A stretch of 64,000 bases of DNA from NCBI GenBank assembly GCA_963735755.1, contig CAVTME010000005.1:49585-113584 (forward strand). The letters run 5' to 3'. Positions within the stretch are counted from its first letter, which is position 1; each line of letters starts with the position of its first letter. Under the pieces are notes generated by a model. It saw nothing but the letters and a program-made list of their open reading frames with translations, was not told where the DNA came from and did not search any database. This stretch comes from an uncultured Bacteroidota bacterium (GTDB taxonomy: Bacteria > Bacteroidota > Bacteroidia > Bacteroidales > GCA-2748055). Below, piece by piece: positions 17,678 to 27,770 of this stretch. Both the position numbers and the translations under genes were made by a program.

Positions 17678-19066
17678 ATGGGACAAAAACAGGACGAGCT
17701 TCTCAAAAGAATTCAGAAACTGGTGAAACAAAACCAGGATTTGATAGATATGAATGAAAAGCTCCAGAAGGCGGTGAACGAGCTTTCTGAGCAGAATGAG
17801 ATGATGAAGCAGCGGCTGAAAGAGTCAAAGGTGGAGTTGAAAGACGGTGTATTCCAGGAGGGTGAGGACCGGGTAAGAAAATACAACATGGCCACTGTGC
17901 TCTTTGCCTACATCAGTGGTTTTAAACATCTCACAGATGCCATTGCGTCGGAGGTCATCATGGACCAGCTGGATGAAGTATTAATCGAGTTTGACCGGAT
18001 CCTGAAAAAATACAAGATACATAAGATCAAAACCATTGGGGATACCTATATGGCGGCCGGGGGTATTCCGGAGAAGAACATCACCAACCCCATTGATGTG
18101 ATCATGGCTGCGCTGGAGATGAATTTTTTCCTGAACCAGCTGAGACGGATTGATGGAAAAAGATACTGGAACCTGAGTCTGGGGATTCATACAGGCCCGG
18201 TTACGGCCAATGTATCAGGAAAGAAAAAGATCACATACGATATCAAGGGAGATACGGTGAATATTGCCCACCGCATGCAGGGTGTGGGTGACAGCGGAAA
18301 AATCCTGATCTCGGTGATGACCTATGAACTGATCAAAGAATTTTTCATATGTGAATACTATGGAAAAATGCCGGTCAAGTACAAGGGCGACCTGGAGATG
18401 TTTGTGGTCAATGGCATTCGGCCGGAGTTTTCGATGAAAGGAAGGGGATTGTTCCCCAATAAGCTGTTTGATACGAAATTTAAGCTGATCCAGTTTATGG
18501 ATATACAGGAGTTCATTCTGGATAAACTGGAGAACGAGTTGCCCGGGTACCTCTATTACCACAATGTCAAGCACACTGTGGATGTGGTTACCGAGGTTGA
18601 ATTGATAGGGTGGGCAGAAGGTCTTGATGATGACGGGATTCTCTTGCTGAAGACCGCTGCCTTGTTTCACGATGCAGGGCATACCATTGCCTATGATGAC
18701 CATGAATACCATGGAACCCTGATGGCCAAAGAACTTCTTCCTACCTATGGATACACCCAGGAGCAGATAGCGAAAATCTGTGATATCATCATGGCCACCA
18801 AACTTCCACCCAAACCAGAGGATATCTACCAGGAAATCATTTGCGATGCCGATCTGGATTACCTGGGGAGAAGCGATATGATCCCGGTTTCAAACACCCT
18901 CTATAAAGAGCTGAAGGAGCAGGAGAAGATTGGAACCCTCAATGATTGGAACAAACTACAGATCAAGTTTATTTCTGGCCATTCATACTTCACCAAGACG
19001 GCTCAGAGCCTCCGCGAGGTTAACAAGCAGAAGCAGATTGAACGCATCAGGAAGCTGATTACCTAA
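17678..19066 (+). CDS. Coiled-coil / class III nucleotidyl cyclase homology domain / HD-domain fusion protein
   Basis: N-terminal heptad-rich 60 aa. Cyclase motifs KIKTIGDTYMAAGG and YDIKGDTVNIAHRM. HD motifs HNVKHTVDV...LFHDAGH...CDADLDYLGR. Confidence 0.8.
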   Translation: MGQKQDELLKRIQKLVKQNQDLIDMNEKLQKAVNELSEQNEMMKQRLKESKVELKDGVFQEGEDRVRKYNMATVLFAYISGFKHLTDAIASEVIMDQLDEVLIEFDRILKKYKIHKIKTIGDTYMAAGGIPEKNITNPIDVIMAALEMNFFLNQLRRIDGKRYWNLSLGIHTGPVTANVSGKKKITYDIKGDTVNIAHRMQGVGDSGKILISVMTYELIKEFFICEYYGKMPVKYKGDLEMFVVNGIRPEFSMKGRGLFPNKLFDTKFKLIQFMDIQEFILDKLENELPGYLYYHNVKHTVDVVTEVELIGWAEGLDDDGILLLKTAALFHDAGHTIAYDDHEYHGTLMAKELLPTYGYTQEQIAKICDIIMATKLPPKPEDIYQEIICDADLDYLGRSDMIPVSNTLYKELKEQEKIGTLNDWNKLQIKFISGHSYFTKTAQSLREVNKQKQIERIRKLIT

Positions 19067-19848
19067 TAATCTGAATAAGAAGTGGGATAGAGCATGTATT
19101 TGGCTATGTTAGATACCGTGTTTTTATAGCGTTCTATTTCCTTCATTTCCTGCCATTCCGGAGAAGAACCAAAAGCCTTCCAGTTCTCCTTTTGGACAGT
19201 GGTGTCAGCATGTGTGGTCATGTACATCAGATGGGGCATCTTTGAACTTGAGATCACCTCCCCAAAAAAAACAGGGTTGAATCCCAGTTTCTTGAATAGT
19301 TCTGCTTCCCCTGAATTGAACATCTCCACTTTTCGCTCATAAAGAAGTTCTGTAGAGGCCTGGTAGCTCCTTAATTCATATACCCTGTCGGTCCTGGGTG
19401 ATTCCAGTTGGGGAAGCATCAAATGGGGTGTTTCACTGAAGGCCCTTAGTAACATGGTCTCAATTCTGGAGTATGGTGGATTATCATGGGAGGCATGAAT
19501 ATAATCGCTCCCGGCTTCCAGATAGGCTTTATCGGATTTCAACGCTGTCTGGATTTCCATATATTGTCCAAGAGAACTGAAAGGTGCCAGCATAAGTATG
19601 GCATTCTCGGTTTCATTACCCTCTTCCCTGAGTTTGAACACACCCACCTGTTCTATCCCGGTTCTGTGAAGAGCCGGCAGGTATGCAGCCTCGAGATATT
19701 GGTCAAGTCTTGTTTCCTGGGCTTCTGTTTCAAACTGGTAGATTTTAAGTTCGAAATAGTCTCTTTCTTCGGTTTCGGTACACGAAGGGGTCAATGTGCT
19801 GATGAATAACACCAACAGGATGGCCAGGGGGGTAATTTGTTTTTTCAT
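19063..19848 (-). CDS. NIPSNAP-family lipoprotein (two NIPSNAP-like halves)
   Basis: Start chosen at MKKQITPLAILLVLFISTLTPSC (lipobox). Repeated YELKIYQF / VYELRSYQAS beta-alpha motifs. Family call from memory. Confidence 0.55.
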   Translation of the reverse strand: MKKQITPLAILLVLFISTLTPSCTETEERDYFELKIYQFETEAQETRLDQYLEAAYLPALHRTGIEQVGVFKLREEGNETENAILMLAPFSSLGQYMEIQTALKSDKAYLEAGSDYIHASHDNPPYSRIETMLLRAFSETPHLMLPQLESPRTDRVYELRSYQASTELLYERKVEMFNSGEAELFKKLGFNPVFFGEVISSSKMPHLMYMTTHADTTVQKENWKAFGSSPEWQEMKEIERYKNTVSNIAKYMLYPTSYSDY

Positions 19849-19957
19849 ATCTATCATATTTGGATTCATGAATATAGGATAAAATTCAGTTAAAAGTCTC
19901 TGGCACCATGTCATATGGGTAAATATTGCTTAGTTTTGCTACAAATTTATGCTAAGT

Positions 19958-20762
19958 ATGAAGCGTCTGGTGTATTTGACCATATTTTTTCTGGCTGATC
20001 CCACTCCTGCCCGGGATTTCACAGGGTATTGGGAATGGAGAAGATGCTGGAGGTGACTGGGACCGGACACGGGTGATACTTGATTGTGCTCCCAGGCTGG
20101 TTGACAGGAGGGACCTGGTGGAAGATAACTTCGATCACCGTTATGTGACCAACAATCCCAGGGATATTGAAATGGGTTACTTTGCCGTAGAGCCCATGAC
20201 ATATTTGGAAAAGGGTAGAAGGTTTTGTGAAGCACTCTTGCCTGCATCAGGGGTGAGCCACTCCTATTTCCGGGGTTGCTATATGACCTCCTACTATCTT
20301 CCCGGAGATGGATTGTATGATGTAACCTTCATCTCCAACGCATTGATTTTTAACAATGAGCTGAAGATGATCAATTCACAGAATACAATTGCTGAGATTG
20401 ATGCTTCGCACCGGATGGAGATTGAGATTGACACCACGCTGAATACCCCTTCACCTGAAGATGTTACTTTCAAATCAAATGCAGCTTATGAATGGGACAT
20501 TGAGATTGACCAGTCAGGCGCCTGGCACGGAGAACTGCTTCCGGGTGACATTGTCCTGTATGATTCAGAACTGCCGGCTGGTTTTTCGCGGCTTGAAATA
20601 AAGAAAAGGGTACGGGGGCCAGGATTGATTACCATCAGGGAATCTGTCATATTCCGGGTGAATTCTGTCTCCTCATACAAGTATGACCCCATCTTCCAGG
20701 CAGTTTGTCTGTTCAGCCTTGAGCCGCTCAGTGTCTCCACAAGAGTGCTTCCATGTAAATAG
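19958..20762 (+). pseudogene. Hypothetical secreted protein, one frameshift near 20035
   Basis: ATG 19958 gives MKRLVYLTIFFLADPTPARDFTGYWEW. The next frame continues GEDAGGDWDRTRVILDCAPRLVDRRD... (ORF 20073..20762). No family recognised. Confidence 0.45.
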
Positions 20763-20779
20763 AAGCCATGTGATCCAGA

Positions 20780-22318
20780 TTACCTGTCTGCTTTGTACAT
20801 TCCTTCGGGCTCTTCCCTTTGCAGAGAGGTTGCTCCTGTGGTTATCGTCACACTGTTTGCCTCATCAAATCCTACCTTCAGCGCATCCTTTCTTGCTACC
20901 TTCCATATTTTTCTGGGATTCAGTTTGATCCTGGCTGACGCAAATTCCGGTCGGTTAAAATTCAACAGGTAGTTTTCATAGAAATTCGGATCACGCTGGG
21001 GAGCAACAAATGCCTTGCTGGTCTTCCCCTCTTCATCCACATGACAAAAATAGATTTTCGATAAGAAGCTATCCTCCCTTTTACTCACAAACATAAGCCA
21101 TCTTCCGTTTTGCGACCAACTTGGATAGCTATCCACATCGTCGGAATTGCCTGCGATCTGTTCCAGCCTTCCTGAATCGAGCCGGTAGGTATAGATATCC
21201 GATTCCTTGTTGTAAATGGAGAAATAGCCATAATCAAGCAGGCAAAAGCTCAAGGTATTGTTATCTGCAGCAACACGCGGAAAGGAGATGCTTTTGTTTA
21301 TTTTCTCAGCATCCAGAATCGTATCCAATTTCCCGAAGGATTTGGTCTCTGCATCAAATTCTATACAGCACAAACTGTATTTCAAATCTTGATAAAAGCT
21401 GTTGTCCGTCGCTTTTGGAGCGCAAATGAAATAAAGCCGTTTACCATCCGGCGACCATGTGGGTAGATTCTCCCTTGCCCCGGTGGCAAGTTCTTCCGGA
21501 CGGGTAATGATGTTGTTTTCCACATCGTACAGGACAATGTCTGAATATTTATCTCCCACATAGGCCACTTTATCCTTGCTTGAGTGGAAATCCTGGTTGA
21601 TCCGGTTTACCGAAAAGGCTATAAATTTCCCGGACGGATGCCATGAAGGGTATGCACCTGCACTACCCATATGATCACTTTTGGTATCAATGATTTTCAG
21701 TTCATCGTCGTATTTGATCACAGTCCCTCCATATTTGGCCCGCATATGCAACAGGAAGCGATCAGGATTGAAAGCGCTGAAGCTGTGGCAGTTCATGCAA
21801 TTATAGTCGGTGAAGCTATTGACAGAAATGGGATCTGTATCCAGGGTTTCGAGAGAGTGTTGAAAGATGCCCATTTCATTCCACAGCACATTGGCTGGAG
21901 GTATTTTCCGGTATACGACCATCTCATCGATTGGATCACCGCTGATGGCGTTGGCAATGGTTTGATATTTATGCCAGATATTCTGCTCATCCTTCCTGAA
22001 CAGGTCAATAAATAAGGTGTCACCTCTATTTTCAGCAATCAGTTGTTCCCATTTGCGATGGGGTATAATGATTTGCTTCTTATTGGATTGGAGCCAGATC
22101 GATTTGTTTCTGGTGTAGACATGTGATTTAAATGCTTTTCCCTCATCCCGGATGACAAAATGCATGGGCCCGATATTATAAGGTATGGTAATGTTTGCAT
22201 AATCGGGGTAAATGCTGGCTACTTCTTCTGTAGTCCGGAATTCTTTCACCTCTTTTTGACAGGAGGAAAGCATCCCTACAATGAGGCCCAGGGAAATGTA
22301 GATATGTCGCTTACTCAT
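20780..22318 (-). CDS. Lipoprotein with CXXCH motif and TolB/PD40-like beta-propeller
   Basis: Start at MSKRHIYISLGLIVGMLSSC (lipobox). CMNCH at nt 21785-21799. PD40-like strands YPSWHPSGKFIAFS, LPTWSPDGKRLYFI, YPSWSQNGRWLMFVS. The ORF-track N-terminal extension to 22486 overlaps the upstream gene. Confidence 0.7.
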   Translation of the reverse strand: MSKRHIYISLGLIVGMLSSCQKEVKEFRTTEEVASIYPDYANITIPYNIGPMHFVIRDEGKAFKSHVYTRNKSIWLQSNKKQIIIPHRKWEQLIAENRGDTLFIDLFRKDEQNIWHKYQTIANAISGDPIDEMVVYRKIPPANVLWNEMGIFQHSLETLDTDPISVNSFTDYNCMNCHSFSAFNPDRFLLHMRAKYGGTVIKYDDELKIIDTKSDHMGSAGAYPSWHPSGKFIAFSVNRINQDFHSSKDKVAYVGDKYSDIVLYDVENNIITRPEELATGARENLPTWSPDGKRLYFICAPKATDNSFYQDLKYSLCCIEFDAETKSFGKLDTILDAEKINKSISFPRVAADNNTLSFCLLDYGYFSIYNKESDIYTYRLDSGRLEQIAGNSDDVDSYPSWSQNGRWLMFVSKREDSFLSKIYFCHVDEEGKTSKAFVAPQRDPNFYENYLLNFNRPEFASARIKLNPRKIWKVARKDALKVGFDEANSVTITTGATSLQREEPEGMYKADR

Positions 22319-22322
22319 CAGG

Positions 22323-24149
22323 CTATTGCTTTGCTGCATTTGATATTTTACTGGAATACATGACGTAATACCAGTAGGTGTGACTGTAGTGTTGCACGGC
22401 ATTTCTTGCCTGGGGGATACCCCCCGCTTTCTGCACAGTGATGGAGAAGTCCCGAAAGTCCTGCTGCGCTTCTTTGCTGATCTCAAAGCCTGCTAAGTCT
22501 AAATCCTGTTCACTGGAAAGTCCCAGATAAAGAAGTACCGCCTCTTCTACCAACCTCGGCAACCGGGTATAGCCCAACTGCCTGAATGTCTTGATCTCAT
22601 GTGCGATATTCCCCACTTTATGAGTGATCAGGTAATTGGCAATCAGGTACTCAAATGCCATTTTGTTTTGGGGATTATTCAGGTAGAAGCGTTTCAGCTT
22701 ATTTTCGGGCCGTGCCAGACCGGTAAAGAAATCCCTCTCGGGAAAGTTATTTCGAATCCACTGAACCTCCTCATTTGTCTCTCCATGCAACAGGCCTGCA
22801 TGATCTTTGACCCATTGCCTGTGCGCTATGGATTGATTGAGCACATTCAGGTATCTTGCGGCGATCACCGGCTGATCTGCAGCAGCGTAGTTGATGATCA
22901 GGCATTTCAGTGTGTTTGGTTTGTTGCCCCTGGCAATAAGTGCCTCATTGGCAAAATGTCGCGATTCATTTCCATATCCCATTTTGAGGTAGAAATCGGC
23001 TTTCGGTTGCGCAATGGTTCCATCAGTGGAACCATCCAGAAAGAGCCCTTCAATGCCTGATGTTTGGGGATACTGGAGGAGTTTGTCAAGCAAGACCCCC
23101 TGGTGGTAAAGGGCCCGGTTGATTTGAAAGTGCAGCAATTTGGAGTTAAAGTTCTGAAAGTGCAAAGCATTCTTAAGCACCCCCTGCCAGTTCTCCGCAT
23201 GGGCGAAAACCTCAATTTGATAGATCTCTTTTTTCTTCTCATCAAAGGAGAAAGAAAAAACTGCTGCTGATAGCAAAAGTGGAAGTCCAAATTGCAGCAA
23301 GCCATGTACTACCTTTTTTCCAGTTGTTTTGCTTTGCCGGTCCATGCTGTTTTCTGTCCTTCGAAGCAGCATGATGAGCAACGGAATACCAACATAGATG
23401 GCATAGGCTGCAGGTTTCACCTTTTGGTAAAGCGTAGGAACAAATGCATCGCAATAGGCCTGCTGAAAGGTAAAATTCAAACCAAAGATCATGCTGAGTG
23501 CCGGTATGGTCGGAACCAGCAATAAATAGAACAGTTTCTGTTGTTTGGGTAAGGAAGGATGGATGATCAATATTAGAGAGGAAAGATAGAATCCGGGTGT
23601 TCCGAACAGGTAGTAAATCAGTAAAAGGAAAGCTGCTATGGGTACCCATCTGGCACTCCTGAAATACCTGGATACAAAAGTGGCGAATGCGAGCAGGTAA
23701 GTACTGAAAAGAATGCTGCTTGTGAGTTTGAACGAAAAGGCATATTCAAAAAGGGGAAGCAGAAGAAAGAGTGAAATTGTAAAAATGGCTGCCGGAAAAT
23801 AAGGGTGGCGCTGAAGTTTGCTGAACAAGTATTGCAGCGAGAGGAAGAACAGTCCGGCCATCATCGATAGAACCAGGATTCCGGCTGTTTTGAAATTGAA
23901 TAAGGAGATGATATGCATGGCCAGCACATCGTTGATTCCACCAATGCGCTGAAAACCTTCACCGAATGTTTCCGGAACGATCTCCTGCATATAGCAGATA
24001 ATGCCGGGGTCCAGGCTCCGCAACAGAAAAACGGCAAAACCCAACAAGATGATCAGGGCATAGATTGGCTGGACTTTTATTTCAGGTTTTAATCTCATGG
24101 CATGGGGTAAATCCGGAGATAAAAGTAGAAAATATTGCCTTATCGGCAA
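22323..24149 (-). CDS. Polytopic inner-membrane protein with large C-terminal soluble domain (DUF6057-like, from memory)
   Basis: About 10 hydrophobic segments in the first 300 aa, then a roughly 300-aa helical soluble domain. Alternative start ATG 24098 (MRLKPEIK). The stop lies 4 nt before the next gene's start. Confidence 0.6.
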   Translation of the reverse strand: MPIRQYFLLLSPDLPHAMRLKPEIKVQPIYALIILLGFAVFLLRSLDPGIICYMQEIVPETFGEGFQRIGGINDVLAMHIISLFNFKTAGILVLSMMAGLFFLSLQYLFSKLQRHPYFPAAIFTISLFLLLPLFEYAFSFKLTSSILFSTYLLAFATFVSRYFRSARWVPIAAFLLLIYYLFGTPGFYLSSLILIIHPSLPKQQKLFYLLLVPTIPALSMIFGLNFTFQQAYCDAFVPTLYQKVKPAAYAIYVGIPLLIMLLRRTENSMDRQSKTTGKKVVHGLLQFGLPLLLSAAVFSFSFDEKKKEIYQIEVFAHAENWQGVLKNALHFQNFNSKLLHFQINRALYHQGVLLDKLLQYPQTSGIEGLFLDGSTDGTIAQPKADFYLKMGYGNESRHFANEALIARGNKPNTLKCLIINYAAADQPVIAARYLNVLNQSIAHRQWVKDHAGLLHGETNEEVQWIRNNFPERDFFTGLARPENKLKRFYLNNPQNKMAFEYLIANYLITHKVGNIAHEIKTFRQLGYTRLPRLVEEAVLLYLGLSSEQDLDLAGFEISKEAQQDFRDFSITVQKAGGIPQARNAVQHYSHTYWYYVMYSSKISNAAKQ

Positions 24150-24173
24150 ATCAGCAGAAAAGGCTGCTGAGAT

Positions 24174-25004
24174 TTAGAAGGTATAGGAGAATTGCATGGC
24201 AGCCCCTCCGGGAATGTATCCCAGGTGGAAATCAGATCCTTTGGTGGTTGCATTCAGGAACTTGACATTGTTGCTTCCCTTGGCCAGCACCCAGATGATA
24301 TCGGCAGCCCAGATGGCAGCTCCCAGGGACATGAAGACCTCCTTGTCTCCCTTAAAGAGGAAGTACTGGGTTTCTCCCTCCACGTATTTTTCATAAAAAG
24401 TCTCTTCATAATGGTTACCGGGCCCGATATCATTCGGGACCCTGGTGAGTCTGACAAAGGTCTGGTATTCACCTTCTCCGGGGTAGCGCTGCTCCCCGAG
24501 CCAGTAGCCAAAACCAATAAAACCCAGGGAAGTGATGGTCCTCATATAGGGTTTGAAAGTCATCATCCTCCTGTCGGCAACAAAGTAGTCGCCCAGTCCT
24601 GGCAGAAGCAAAGAAAGAAGTGCATTGCGTGGCCCTCCCGTGTTACTAAACTGTTTGCTGGTCCCATCTACAAAAAGGACAGGGGTGATATTGGATCCCA
24701 ACAGTTGGACATCATTGGTGATGTCCCACTCGATGGTCCTGTTCTTTTCAGCTGAAATATTGGGTCCGATATCCCCGATGAGAAGGGTAGGGCTAACCAG
24801 GTGGTAATCCTCATCCAGGAATTTCAGGTCCACCCGGTGGAAGGTACCCTGTTTCCTGGTTTTTATGTCATAGTGGATAATGGCCTTGTTCTGGTCGATG
24901 GTAATATCCAGATTTTTTGCAAGCGGCAAACGCTGTGCATGCAGATTTGCAGAAAACAGGAACACCATCCCCGCCAAGCACACCATATGTTTCAGACCCT
25001 TCAT
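24174..25004 (-). CDS. Hypothetical secreted/envelope protein
   Basis: Signal peptide MKGLKHMVCLAGMVFLFSANLHAQ, a beta-rich N-terminal domain, a hydrophobic LLSLLLPGLGDYF segment, and a C-terminus ending QFSYTF (aromatic terminal residue as in OMPs). Confidence 0.5.
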   Translation of the reverse strand: MKGLKHMVCLAGMVFLFSANLHAQRLPLAKNLDITIDQNKAIIHYDIKTRKQGTFHRVDLKFLDEDYHLVSPTLLIGDIGPNISAEKNRTIEWDITNDVQLLGSNITPVLFVDGTSKQFSNTGGPRNALLSLLLPGLGDYFVADRRMMTFKPYMRTITSLGFIGFGYWLGEQRYPGEGEYQTFVRLTRVPNDIGPGNHYEETFYEKYVEGETQYFLFKGDKEVFMSLGAAIWAADIIWVLAKGSNNVKFLNATTKGSDFHLGYIPGGAAMQFSYTF

Positions 25005-25012
25005 GCTCCCTG

Positions 25013-26010
25013 TTATGAATCCAGACTGTTGTAATAGTTAAATACCCTTATCAATCCGGCATCATCATTGATCTTGATCTTTTCCGACCTGATGAACCTT
25101 TCAATCTCCTCCGCATGGTCAGCGAATAGCTTACGGATGCTCTTTTTCCGCTTTTTCAGAAGGACCACCTCGGCGCCCTCCGATTGCTGGTAATAGAGCT
25201 GCCGGTACTGAACAAAGGCATCAGCCCCTCCCGCCCAGTTGTAGGTAACTGGTCCGCTGCCAGCCTTGATCTTTACATCATGACGCATCAATAATTTGCA
25301 TCCGCCTTCATTGAGGACCTGGAAGTATGCTGATCCCAGATAAGGCCGGCGGCTGCTTCTTTTCACATACAAACCATGCAGGAATTTCATGTTGCTGATG
25401 GAGATACGCTTCACATTGAAGGGGGCCGAAATGGCAAAAGTATCATTGTTGTAGACCATCTCAAATTCCTGGGCATAAAGGTTGTATCTGAAAAGTCCGT
25501 TGATGTTGAAGAATTCATTGATCTCTGCCTCATATTCTCCCTTCAGTTTCTCGAGATAGTCACGCAGGTTATTTTCCAGCATTTCAGTGATTCCTGGAAT
25601 GCCTTCAAAATCACTGTTGGAAATCCGCAGGTCATAGTCCGGATTTTTTGTCCGGATCAATTCCTTCCATCTCAAGTGCAAGGCCTGCAGCCTCAAAATC
25701 AGGATCAGAAAGTTTCTTGATGAGGGCATCGATCTTGCTTATTTTTGCCTGGTACTCGCGCACTTTTGCCTTTTCCTTCTTTTCCTGTGCGATCTGATTG
25801 GCGATTTCACTTTTCATTTCCAGGGTCCCGTACATCCAGGTTTCAGACAGATAGGGAGAACCTGCTATCTCATAGTTGGCTTCGGCCCCTCCGCTGAGCA
25901 AAAATGAACCGCTGAAAGATCCACCAATATTGACGTTCTGCACCTGGGAGTTGGTGTAGTGACAACAGGCCCAGACCAAGTAACAACCATGAAAACTGCT
26001 GCTTACGCAT
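25013..26010 (-). pseudogene. Hypothetical secreted protein, 2 frame changes (T6 run on the plus strand at 25644-25649, and about 25975)
   Basis: ATG 26010 gives MRKQQFSWLLLGLGLL (signal). Then ...NVNIGGSFSGSFLLSGGAEANYEIAGSPYLSETWMYGTLEMK...(coiled-coil)...DPDK, then NPDYDLRISNSDFEGIPG...FRYNLYAQEFEMVY.... ORFs 25632..25979 and 25013..25729 are fragments. Confidence 0.5.
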
Positions 26011-26110
26011 ACATCGGACTTATTAGCTGTAAGAGTTTTCAGGCTGCAAATTTAATAATTGTTATTCCAGATATCCAGAGGGATGGAAAAAATGCAATAT
26101 ATTAGTAGAG

Positions 26111-27646
26111 ATGAACATTTTAACGCTATTGATCAGGGATTGTCATTTTCTGAAGGTGATTGTAGTAAGCATCGCTGCTTTTTCTGCTTATCTCCCTCCG
26201 GCATAAAGGGCCAGAATCTGGATGGAAAGATTGTTATACCCGAGAGCTTTCCGGTGGCCTACATCCATATCACACAGATTGAAATTACAGGGAACGCCAG
26301 AACAAAGGAGAAGATCATCACCAGAGAGTTGGATTTCAGCCTGGGAGACAGCCTGGCACTTTGACGATGCCCTGGCAAAAACAGCCATGTTCAGCCAGAA
26401 GCGTATTAGCCGGAACGATTCCAGTGAGGTGGTCAAGACGAATGAAATACAGCCGGGAGAATATCATCAACACCCAGCTTTTCCTGTCGGTTGACCTGCG
26501 TCTTGAGCAGGCAGAGGGTGATGACTATACATTGAAGATTGATGTGAAGGAACGTTGGTACTTCTGGGTGTTTCCTGTGGTGAAGCTGGATCATCCCAAC
26601 TTCAACGACTGGCTCCAGGATCCGGATCTGGACCAGGTGAATATGGGACTGTTTACAAGCCATAACAACCTGTGGGGATTGAGCCACCAGGCATCAGCGG
26701 TGGCATATTGGGGAAGTTCACAAAGTTTGGTCTGGGTTACAAAATACCCTGGATTGGTAGTGGCCAGAAGATCGGGATGGTCATTGGGGGCGCTTATAGG
26801 AATTCGGCAGTGGTGGAGTATGCATCCGTGGACAATGAGAGGCAAATGATCTATGACAAGGGCAGTGTAAAGGAGATTTTTTCGACACAACACCTTTACC
26901 TTCAGGCCCGGGCTTTACAATTATGGAAAAATAAGGATGGATCGCCGGAAATGTCAGCCTTTCAGATTCCTTATTCAGCCTGACCCAGGAGTATTTGCCG
27001 GACAATAAGAGTACAGTTAGTTTCGTCAACTTCTATGCGGAATATGCCTATGATTCCCGTAACAACCGGGCTTATCCGCTCAATGGGAATTACTTAAAGG
27101 GTTTTGTGGACAAGCGCGGGTATGGGGATTATTTCCCACGATGTGGACTATTTCTATTATGGTGCTGATCTTCACTTCTACCAGCAAATCAGTGACAGAT
27201 GGTATGCGGCTGAGATGACAAAACTGGTGAGTTCATCCAGTGAGAATATACCTTATTATTTCCAGCAGAGCCTTACCTCAAGCGACGATTTCATCCGTGG
27301 ATTTGACTATTATGCCCTCAGTGGCGACGCAGATGTATTATTTCAGGAGCAACCTGAAATACAATGTGATCAAGCCAGGGATTATGGAGGCCACGGAAGG
27401 AGAAGAACAAGGATAGCAAATTCAGGAATGTGCCCTATGCCTTCTATATGAACCTGCTTGCAGATGTGGCCTATGTGGTGGATGAATTTCCATGGAGATA
27501 TGAATCCATACAACAACAAAATGCTTTATTCCTGGGGGCTCGGCGTGGATTTCATCAGCTACTATGACCTGGTCCTGAGGTTTGAATATGCCTTTACCAA
27601 CATCGGCACCCACGGTTTCTTTTTTGGATTCGGGATGCCTATTTAA
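26111..27646 (+). pseudogene. BamA/Omp85-family outer-membrane protein (POTRA + surface-antigen barrel), about 10 frame changes
   Basis: MNILTLLIRDCHFLKVIVVSIAAFSAYLPPA (signal). POTRA ITQIEITGNARTKEKIITRELDFSLGDSLA. ...RENIINTQLFLSVDLRLEQAEGDDYTLKIDVKERWYF. Barrel strands in several frames (FYAEYAYDSRNNRAYPLNGNYLKGF; YYFRSNLKYNVIKPG). Ends WGLGVDFISYYDLVLRFEYAFTNIGTHGFFFGFGMPI. Confidence 0.7.
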
Positions 27647-27770
27647 GCAAAGGGAATACCGATCCTGATCTCCTGTTTGTATTGTTTCTAAAAAAGGATT
27701 GGTTTCTGTACAGACAACCTTTATCTCTTATCTTTGGTCCCTAATAAATTCCGGAACTGAAAACAGATAT

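Noticed and set aside
22319-22486. 56-codon N-terminal extension of the CXXCH propeller ORF
   Set aside because: It overlaps the end of the upstream membrane-protein gene and is Arg/Ser/Thr-rich. The internal ATG at 22318 gives a clean lipoprotein signal (LSSC).
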